DNA of 63,963 nt, the filler included, from Octopus bimaculoides (Eukaryota), in NCBI RefSeq assembly GCF_001194135.2. It is 10 parts of 10 records of this genome, joined end to end, with 100 filler letters (N's around TTAATTAATTAA, not from the genome) between each part and the next. Parts side by side here need not be neighbours in the genome. Positions count along the whole stretch, not along the records: positions 6,470 to 16,726 come from NW_026340776.1; positions 16,827 to 36,843 come from NC_068995.1; 8 more parts are not named here. The stretch is one strand, 5' to 3'. The position numbers were made by a program, and so were the translations under genes. A model generated the notes under the pieces. It made no database searches and was not told where the DNA came from. It was given only the letters and a program-made list of their open reading frames with translations. Shown piece by piece: positions 12,961-22,859 of the stretch; position 1 is the stretch's first letter; every line of letters begins with the position of its first letter.

Positions 12961-13764
12961 ATATTCTCAGATATGAAATAAAGCCAACAACAGTGATGAC
13001 GATGGCTTTAGTGAAAGGGGTTATGTTGGGGACAAGAGAGAAAGGGCTGAAGACAGACTCCTTCCTCTTTGGCTGAACCCTAAACTTTTTCAAGCTTCAC
13101 TTGGAAAACAAAGTGAAAGTCAATAAAGNNNNNNNNNNNNNNNNNNNNNNNNNNNNNNNNNNNNNNNNNNNNNNNNNNNNNNNNNNNNNNNNNNNNNNNN
13201 NNNNNNNNNNNNNNNNNNNNNNNNNNNNNNNNNNNNNNNNNNNNNNNNNNNNNNNNNNNNNNNNNNNNNNNNNNNNNNNNNNNNNNNNNNNNNNNNNNNN
13301 NNNNNNNNNNNNNNNNNNNNNNNNNNNNNNNNNNNNNNNNNNNNNNNNNNNNNNNNNNNNNNNNNNNNNNNNNNNNNNNNNNNNNNNNNNNNNNNNNNNN
13401 NNNNNNNNNNNNNNNNNNNNNNNNNNNNNNNNNNNNNNNNNNNNNNNNNNNNNNNNNNNNNNNNNNNNNNNNNNNNNNNNNNNNNNNNNNNNNNNNNNNN
13501 NNNNNNNNNNNNNNNNNNNNNNNNNNNNNNNNNGTCAATAAAGACTCCCTCTGTGCATTTGAAGCTGCATGGAAGAAAAAATCCCTTACTTGAAAAAGGG
13601 AGGTATTAGTTTGCATGAGGAAGGGTTATGCAATGTTACTCAAGTGACCCTTCAGAAGAACCCCATTTCAGCCTCTTGTATTCATGATTGTACTCTATCA
13701 AATTTACAGTATTGAACTTAGTTAATTAACAATTTTTCTTTCTATTCACTTTCTGTTACTGAAG

Positions 13765-14079
13765 GTCAAGAAAGCAGTGCATCAGGAGAAGAAGAATATA
13801 ATGCCTTGAGCCTTGTAAGCTATCCATCAATGCATGATTGTTCAATGAGTAGCGAGACTGCTTTGAAAGTACTAGATACTGCTGAGCGAAACTCAAACAG
13901 AGTTGAACCAGCTAATGTGACGGAAGCAGCTAGGGTTGAGCCAGCAAGAGTTCAGCCATTGAGAGGGGACTTTGATCCAGCTCATCCAGATGCTATATCC
14001 ATGCATACAACCAGCAATTATTCACCAACCCTTCATTACATTCAACCAGCCCAAGGGACACAAACAGGCATTGTACACC
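13765..14079 (+). CDS. Probable internal coding exon (315 nt, phase 1-1) of an unidentified host gene
   Basis: Pyrimidine tract and AG at 13763-13764 (ttttctttctattcactttctgttactgaag), donor GTGAGT at 14080, length divisible by 3, stop-free frame GQESSASGEEEYNALSLVSYPSMHDCSMSSETALKVLDTAERNSNRVEP...GTQTGIVH; no repeat similarity noticed; protein not recognised. Confidence 0.6.
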
Positions 14080-14282
14080 GTGAGTGATCAGCACTAACAA
14101 ATTATTTAAACATTAGTTTCTTTTTCTTTTTCATTTCTCTCCCTACCTTCCCTACCCTCACACCCTATTTGTTCTTTTTTGTTTTGTTTTTTTTTTTTCA
14201 TTTCATTCCCTTCTTCAGTTCTCTATTTTAGATCACAATAATATTGACAACTTCTGAGTGTGTGTGTGTGTCTGTATGTATT

Positions 14283-14587
14283 TCTCCTCCTTACTCTCCC
14301 AACCTTGCACCATCTGACTTCCACTTCTTTCCACCCATGAATTTTTTTTGTTAAATGGAAGCACTTTTCAGATGATGTTGAACTTATTTCCGAGGCAAAG
14401 ACTTGGCTCCAGATGCAATCGACCGACTTCTACGGATGAGGTCTTCACAGCTGCATAAAGCAATGGGAGAAGAGTGTCACAATTCGTGGTGGCCATGTAG
14501 AGAAGGGCTAATAATTATGCCAACTTTTGTTTATCTCAGTCTTTGCGAAGTGGGTCAGAGGAAATCTTTAATGAACACTATCCGTTT
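14283..14587 (+). mobile_element. Mariner transposase 3' relic
   Basis: PPYSPNLAPSDFHFF...QWEKSVTIRGGHVEK* in shifted frames, followed by a TIR-like end. Confidence 0.8.
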
Positions 14588-14651
14588 AAATACATATATA
14601 CATATAAATTTACACATATATACATACATATATACATACATATATGTATAT

Positions 14652-14686
<35 letters not shown>

Positions 14687-15299
14687 NNNNNNNNNNNNNN
14701 NNNNNNNNNNNNNNNNNNNNNNNNNNNNNNNNNNNNNNNNNNNNNNNNNNNNNNNNNNNNNNNNNNNNNNNNNNNNNNNNNNNNNNNNNNNNNNNNNNNN
14801 NNNNNNNNNNNNNNNNNNNNNNNNNNNNNNNNNNNNNNNNNNNNNNNNNNNNNNNNNNNNNNNNNNNNNNNNNNNNNNNNNNNNNNNNNNNNNNNNNNNN
14901 NNNNNNNNNNNNNNNNNNNNNNNNNNNNNNNNNNNNNNNNNNNNNNNNNNNNNNNNNNNNNNNNNNNNNNNNNNNNNNNNNNNNNNNNNNNNNNNNNNNN
15001 NNNNNNNNNNNNNNNNNNNNNNNNNNNNNNNNNNNNNNNNNNNNNNNNNNNNNNNNNNNNNNNNNNNNNNNNNNNNNNNNNNNNNNNNNNNNNNNNNNNN
15101 NNNNNNNNNNNNNNNNNNNNNNNNNNNNNNNNNNNNNNNNNNNNNNNNNNNNNNNNNNNNNNNNNNNNNNNNNNNNNNNNNNNNNNNNNNNNNNNNNNNN
15201 NNNNNNNNNNNNNNNNNNNNNNNNNNNNNNNNNNNNNNNNNNNNNNNNNNNNNNNNNNNNNNNNNNNNNNNNNNNNNNNNNNNNNNNNNNNNNNNNNNN

Positions 15300-16183
15300 T
15301 CTTCCTGGGCCTACCTCTTCCACAGGTTCCCTCCACTGCTAGGATGTGGCACTTTTTCACACAGCTATCCTCATCCATTCTCGCCACATAACCATACCAG
15401 CACAATCGTCTCTCTTGCACACCACAATTGATGCTTCTTATGTTCAACTTTTCTCTCAAGGTACTTACGCTCTGTCTAGTATGCACACTGACATTACTCA
15501 TCCATCGGAGCATACTGACTTCATTCCTTGCGAGCCTACACATGTCTTCAGCAGTCACGGCCCATGTTTCAGTGCCATGAAGCATGGCTGTTCGTACACA
15601 TGCGTCAGTCTGCCTTTTAACTCTGAGAGAGAGACCCTTTGTCACCAGCAGAGGTAAGAGCTCTCAGAACTTTGCCCAGGCTATTCTTATTCTAGCAGCT
15701 ACACTTTCAGCGCACCCTCCCCCACTACTAACTTGGTCACCTAGATAGCGGAAGCTATCAACTACGTCTTGTTTTTCTCCCTGGAATATGGCAAAAGTTG
15801 TTTTCTGTATATTTACAGTGTTTATTGCTCCTGAACATCTGTTACATACAAAAACTAACTTCCTAGTTAACCTTCCTTTGATATTGCTGCACCTCTTATG
15901 TGTCCATAGCTTGCACTGGGTGCATCTTATAGAGTTACTACCCACTCCTTTTCTACAGATCGAGCAGAGCCATCTACCAGAAGAGGTTTGTGTTTTGTCT
16001 ACTTTCCTACTTATTAGGACTTTGGTTTTAGCTCGGTTGACTCTAAGGCCCTCCGATTCTAGTCCTTGCTTCTACACCTGAAACTTCTCCTCTAGTTCTG
16101 ATAGTGACTCAACAATTAGTGCAAGGTCATCAGCATAGAGGCACTCCCAGGGGCATCCTGTCTTGAATTCCTCTGTTATCGCC
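15300..16183 (-). mobile_element. RTE-clade LINE, second copy of the PHD-containing family
   Basis: Closely matches 9778-10335 by eye; LYADDL, PHD (CSIC..CTQC..WTHKRC..CNRC), FRYLG, MLHGTETW and C-terminal GRGRPRK. Confidence 0.95.
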
Positions 16184-16848
16184 TATTTATTTATATAAGG
16201 GCATAAATATATTTTGGGGAATAAATGATGGATTTTTTTCCCTTATGAAGTTTTTTCACGCTAGCTACTTGATAAATTCTTGTAAAAGAATTCATCCTTT
16301 TATTGAATTTATATATATAACCAGAATATATTCAGTGCTGAATTTATTCTGAAAAAAACACACGTACTAAGATGCAATTCAAAAAGCCCGCCACTTACAT
16401 AAGTATATAGCAATAAACAGTCTTCTATGTACTATACTGGATACATGGTGTTCGTTTGGTATGTTGATTTTTTGTTTATTTCTATACATCTCGACCATAT
16501 TATACTGACGAGTAGAAGTTGTATAATACTACAATAACTACGAAATCATGATCTATAATTCAGTCTGTTTTTAAAGGGCTAGCTTTGAGAGTTGCATTTC
16601 CTTGCGTTTGGTAAAAATGTGTTTATTATGGTAGTCTGACCTTAGAGACCCTCATAGCGTGAGGCATTCTTGTATAGTAATCATCATCATCATTGTTTAA
16701 CGTCCGCTTTCCATGCTAGCATGGGTNNNNNNNNNNNNNNNNNNNNNNNNNNNNNNNNNNNNNNNNNNNNTTAATTAATTAANNNNNNNNNNNNNNNNNN
16801 NNNNNNNNNNNNNNNNNNNNNNNNNNCCTACCTACTCTTAAACACCCC

Positions 16849-18520
16849 ATGAAGACCGGACAGAATTTAGAGAAGACACAAAGGGGCGTCTACTTACCAT
16901 TCGGGTGTCACTGGAAGTCAGATGGCTCAACGTCCAAGAGATGTTGGCTTTCCTCTGGGAACCCCTTTAAAAGCCTACTCGTGGCCTTTACATTAGAGTT
17001 TCCCACGTCTTGCGAGAAGCTCTTTCTAACGAGCTTATATGCCTCTATAGGCATCCGCACCAAAACCAATGTTTCTGGCACTTGAAAGGTGCTGGTGCCA
17101 AAGATCACACCTTCTCTCCCGACATCCTTCCTTCGTGATAGGAAGTCCATCAATTGTTTATTTGACCTCATCACTGGTACGAAGTTTGGTGTTTGTGTGG
17201 TTGCTTGTTGCTGTTGAGAGTGTTTTCTTTTGGTTGGTTGTTGCAGCTGGGGTAGCGTTGATGGCGAAGTTTGTGATTGTGGTGCTGGAGAGGTTGGTGA
17301 TGCTGTAGGTTTGTCTGTGGCAGTTGTTGGTGTATTTTATATGTTTCTTGATGTGTGAGTTGATGTAGGACTTGATGCACTTTTGTGAGTTCTTTTCGTT
17401 TTTTTGGGCGGGGTTGTGGTTCCCCCTCATTTTCGCTGTATTGCCAATGAATCTGAGTCTGTGGAATCAGAGCGTGGGTCGATGGGGCTTGAAGTACATG
17501 GAGCGAGGGAAGGAGTGGGAGGGAGCCCTTGGGAGCGCTGTGTGTTCTTGTGTATTATCTCTTCTGCTGTTAAGGTGAGTAAACCTGGTGCATCTGTTGC
17601 TGGTGTTGTTGGTGTTGTTGATGTTGCTGGTGTTGCTGCTGTGACTGATGTTGATGATGTTCAAGGGGTTGCTGCTTTTACTGGAGTTGCTGTTGATGTT
17701 GGTGATTTTCCTTCGTTTATTGGTTTTGCTATTCCTGTTGATGATGATGCCGTTGTTGCCAGGGTTGGTGCTGCTTTTGTTGCTGATCATTGTTGGTTTG
17801 TTTGTTGTTGAGACTTTTGGGAACCTGGCAGTGGCAGTAAAGGACTACCATCGTTCCCTGTCTTCTGTTGGGGGCAGAAGACTCTCAAGTGTCCTGTCGC
17901 TCCTCACAGGTGGCACCTTCTATCCTCCCTCGTGACATGTTCTTCCCCTCCTGGAAGGCAAACGAGGTCTGTAATCTTGTGAATAACTTTTGGTTGAATG
18001 TGGAGGAGTACCTCCACACTGGTCCCAGACCGTTTCACGTCGTGTCCTTTTGACCTCCAGAAGGCTGTTGCTCCCTTCGAAACTATCGCTGCGAGAATCC
18101 ACCACATGTTTACCTTTGGAGGTATCCCAGCTATCTTTATGCACACCATCCTCCTTCCTAAATAGGATGGATGAAGCACATATTTTTCACTCCGACAAGG
18201 AACCATGAAATGTTTGGCGGACAGAGCTTCATATTTAAAGAGCATTGAAATGTCCGCAAACTGTTTAGCCCTCGAAATATGAAGAATGTCGGGCCTTATT
18301 TTTTTCAGTGCCCTTTCCACGTTCGTCTGGCTAGTCGTCTCTGGCCGTTTCATGTTTACGGAGATGCATCTGTACAACAGAGTTTTCTTTTTTGTTTCTG
18401 CCATCATCCCGTGGGAGATGGCAATACTGGTTTGCGCTTTTTCCAGTCTTATTAACTTAGATCCCTCAGCTTGACACACATCTTTCTGAAGCAGATCTAT
18501 ACAAAAATATTCTTTGCGTC
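16849..18520 (-). mobile_element. Tx1/L1-like ORF1 relic, copy B (RRM-like region, CCHC knuckle, T/N/Q-rich linker)
   Basis: ORF 17904-18479 (HISRAKQFADI...PSYLGRRMVCIKIAGIPP) runs into RCHL*GATGHLRVFCP (CX2CX4HX4C with one Cys changed to a stop), then low complexity, then KQLMDFLSRRKD. Confidence 0.7.
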
Positions 18521-19171
18521 TTGCTGCTGTCTCTGCGAAAGAAGCAGTCTGGTTTATGTTGTCATTTATTACGATGTTATTCGTCGTAGTAGTAGCAGTG
18601 GTGGAGTTAGTTGTGGTCAGGAGACTGTCACTATGTGTTGTCTTTTGTTTATTAGCTGTAGTGGTAGTGTTGGCGGAGTTGTCTGTGGTCTTGATACTGC
18701 TGCTATGAGCTGTCTTTTGAATTGGAGTATTCCACTGAATTGGAGGGAGTTCAGCTTCGTAGTGTGTTATGTCGTTAAAGACGTTCGTATTACTATTTTC
18801 TGAAGTGTCAGCAATATCGTGTGCGTGAATTTGAACCTGCTGTGTACTCTCCTCCCTTCTATTTGTGTGTGGTAGGCGGAGGGTATTGCGGCGTCTTGCA
18901 CCTCTTTATCTGAAACACTTCTCACCTCCTCTTCTATGTTTTTCTACAAGGCTGGTTTCGCCATATTTGTTTTCTTTTTAAATGAATTTTTAGACAATTA
19001 TTTTGAGATTACAGACCCCAAGGGGGAACTAACAACACAAAGCGACCCACCTATGCAAAGGTGGTGCTTTAGAAAAACGTTTAGTAGCAAAATAAGCAAT
19101 TAACTTTTGGAAACAAAATTTTGGAGGAAAAACTTGGACAAACACGTGCATGCCGTCAGGACGACGACGAC

Positions 19172-19203
<32 letters not shown>

Positions 19204-19211
19204 GTAATAAT

Positions 19212-19425
19212 AATAATGGTTTCAAATTTTGTCACACTGGCAGCCATTTTGGGGGAGAGCACTAGTCGTTTACATCGATCCCAGTGTTTCACTGGTATTT
19301 CCTCGAATCTGAAGGGATGAAAGGTAAAGTGGACCTTGGCAGAATTTGAACTCAGATTGCAAAGACGGACGAAATGCCGTTAAGTATTTTACCCGGCGTA
19401 CTACTCATTCTGCCAGCTCGCCGCC
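19212..19425 (-). mobile_element. SINE family B
   Basis: Reverse complement of ggcggcgagctggcagaa...tgagttcaaattctgccaagg... Confidence 0.85.
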
Positions 19426-19454
19426 TTATAAATAATAATAATAATGATAATAAA

Positions 19455-21300
19455 ACTAAGCAACTGGAAGGTACCCGAGCACGACAAGATCCCCAGCTTC
19501 TGGTTAAAATACCTAACAGGAACACATAAAAAGCTGGCTGAGAAATTTAATGAAATACTAGCAGAGCCTGAGACAATGCCTGAATGACTCACAAAAGGGA
19601 AAACTATAGTGATTCCCAAATCCACTGAAACAGCAAATCCACAAAATGAAAGACCGATAACTTGTCTCCCTACACTTTACAAAGCCTTTACTACAATAAT
19701 ATCGCAGAGAATGACCAAACATCTGGAAGAAAACAACTTGTTCCCAGAAGAGCAGAAGGGATGCTGCAAGGCTCATACGGCTTTAAAGATCAGCTACTGA
19801 TCAATAAAGCCACAACTGAAGACAGCCGCAGAAAGAAGAAGGGCCAAAGTATAGCCTGGATAGATTACCGAAAGGCTTTTGATAGTATTCCCCACACATG
19901 GATCCTAGAAACACTAGCCACGAAGAAGGTAGCACCAATAATCATAAAATATATAAAACATTCCATGAATAAATGGCAGACAGTGCTACAGCCCCAGACA
20001 AAAGAGGGACTCATAAAAACCGAAGCCATCCCCATTAGAAGAGGAATATTCCAGGGAGACACGCTCTCTCTACTCCTTTTCTGCTTGGCACTGACACCTT
20101 TATCTGACATAATAAAAAGAACTGGATGTGGATACAACTGTTATGGCAAAACAAACAGAACTGGATGTGGATACAGCTGTTACGGCAAAGCAATCAGCCA
20201 CCTCTTATATATGGATGATCTAAAGCTGTACGCTACAAATGATAAACAGCTGGAAACATTATTACAGACAGTACATGGATTAACTGAAGAAATAAACATG
20301 AAATTTGACTTAGAATAGTGTGCCAAAGCAACGTTGAAAAGAGGGAAATTACTTAAGAGGAGCAGCACCATACTAGATAAAGCAAATGTAATAAGAGAAT
20401 TAGACCAAAGCCAGACATACAAATACTTAGGAATTAAATGAAGTAGATACGATATAAAATATATAAAATATATAAAACATTCCATGAATAAATGGCAGAC
20501 AATAAACCGCTCAGGAACAAGCCTTTAGAACAAATCTGATAAAGGCAAATATCGACAAAACCTCAGTTACACAGAAAATATAGAATTTGCAGGAAAGGAA
20601 ACGAAAGTATCAATAATGATTGAATAAGTGCAGTATACTAGCACAAAAGGAGTATAACGCATGTATGGCTGTGTGGACAAAAGTGTGCATTGGGATGTTA
20701 GCTTAATGTGGGTCTTCAACAGGAAAGATCTTACATCGTTTGCAGTTCCCTATGGTAGCAGAATCGATACTAAAGAAATTAAAGAAGTTGAGAAATATCA
20801 GGATCTAGCTAGAGAGCTGAGCAGACTAGAGGATTAAGACATTATTCCTTTGGTAATTGGTGCACGTGACACAACACATGGAATTTTATCTAAAAAAAAC
20901 TGAAAGAGATTCGGATTGATTCTTGAGATTTGAAAAGACTTGTTGTCACCAAACCTCAAGAAAAAAATGCCTGCTAAGTAAATTAGCATGTTCTAGCGTA
21001 ACAATGATAATAGTACTAGTCATCTCTCCAGTGAATGCAGAAAGTTAGCGCAGAGTGAGTATGAGCACCGGCATGACTGTTTAGGTAAAAGAGTGCATTG
21101 GGATGTTTGCCGAGTGTGTGGTTTTGAAATTACAGGGAAAATGGTATGAACACGAACCAGAGACTGTGACAGAGATTGTGGAAGACTAAAACACCAGTTA
21201 ACCCTGTGTTAATTGGTGCACTTTAGCACAACACCCAAAATGCTGAAGAGACTGAAAAATATTGGAATTCTGACACGCGCAGAAGAGTGGCATCCTGTAT
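19455..21300 (+). mobile_element. R4/Dong-clade non-LTR retrotransposon relic (RT and RLE tail fragments)
   Basis: RPITCLPTLYK, EQKG, WIDYRKAFDSIPH, RGIFQGDTLS, HLLYMDDLKL and KYLG; downstream SECRKLAQSEYEHRHD, VHWDVC, WYEHEP, EKYQDLAREL and PLVIGA, typical of the R4/Dong zinc knuckle and restriction-like endonuclease. Confidence 0.85.
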
Positions 21301-21540
21301 TCTCTGAGACTGAAAGAATAAAGTGCCAGTCAAATCCTGCAGTTCATGTAGTCGACTAACTTCCCTTCCTACAGATTTTAGGCCTATATTATAAGCAGTT
21401 ATTATTTTTTCAAACGTATTTGCTCTCTGAATCCGTTATAGTCGGTTCACGCTATATACAACATTTACACGGTAGCTTCTCGAAGCTCCGTTTTTCGGAA
21501 TTTAAAGTGATGTAATATGTTGACCTCTAAAGTTTACGAT

Positions 21541-21588
<48 letters not shown>

Positions 21589-22240
21589 CATGTGCATACA
21601 TTATATGTATATGCATGCATGCATCCATGTATGTATGTAGGCATGTATGTGTGTGTGTAGTACAAAAGGTTAAGATTTCTGTATATTCACAAGCACAGAA
21701 TAAGATGGAAAATAGTAGACAAAATGGAGGTACAGGAATTGGATGAACCAGGTATCGGTCAAATACCGTTCGACTACGTTAATCATTACGCCAATACTCT
21801 CCCAGTTAGACTAACTACCCCTGTTTCCCTCTTGTGTATCATGCAAACGTCGTTGGTATTTTTGATAACCTCTTAAACCCCCAACCGAGAAATCGTCTTG
21901 TTGTTGTCAACACAGCCGAGTATCACACCAGGTACTTCCTCCGTAGTGACTGAAAAGATTCCTGTATATATTAGTACGCCTGTGACATCGATAATGTGGT
22001 CAAATATGTTTATCTTAAATAAAGTATTGAAAATGATAATAGAACGAAAAAGTGATCAGGTATTTGCAATTGGGTCAATAACAAGAAGTAAGGGAAAGAC
22101 TTGATATCACTCGGTATTAAGGTCAATACTGGCTTGTATTTAGCATGTGTGTGTTTGTATTTGTGTGCGCGCGCGCGTGTATGTGCATATGAGTGTACAC
22201 ATGTATACGAATATACACGTGCATACGCAAGCATATATAT

Positions 22241-22285
<45 letters not shown>

Positions 22286-22486
22286 ACATATATATATCTA
22301 CATATATATATATATTTATATATACATACATATATACATAATATATACACATATACATAACTAAACACATATATGCATATACATATATGTATATATACTA
22401 ACATACATACACACACATACACATACACGCGCGACACCCATATATATTGGAGGAAAAAGGACAACAAAAACCAAGGCGGTACGAGT

Positions 22487-22789
22487 ATCTCAAGTCATTT
22501 ACAATATTTAATTAGCATAAGGTGAATTTGAAGTAATCAATTCATTAATTAGTCAATTAAATAATTAATTAATTATTACAATTAATTAGTGGATGTCTTA
22601 CAGCTGTTTCTGGGATATCCCAAGTGATAGGTTAGTATCTCCATACACTAGGTATTCCGTCATCAGAGTCTAGGTGAGCATGTATGAAAGTTCTAGACAA
22701 GAAATTTACAGTTTATAAAGGAATAAAACAGTAGATAGAAGGGTAAAGAGTAAAACAGCAGATAGAAGAATACAGACAGGAGAATAAAG
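22487..22789 (-). repeat. Penelope-like terminal-repeat segment, left arm of inverted pair
   Basis: Reverse complement of 25758-25997 with scattered substitutions and an indel; contains a hammerhead core. Confidence 0.75.
22594..22672 (-). ncRNA. Type I minimal hammerhead ribozyme motif (core intact, stem I partly mismatched)
   Basis: Minus strand reads tagact-CTGATGA-cggaatac...gggatatccca-GAAAC-agct-GTA-agaca; stem III is the palindrome ACAGCTGT. Confidence 0.6.
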
Positions 22790-22859
22790 AATAATCCCTG
22801 GGATTATACTTAAGGATCTATACCATGGAAGAACGGATCAACTTCCATACCCTCTGGAA

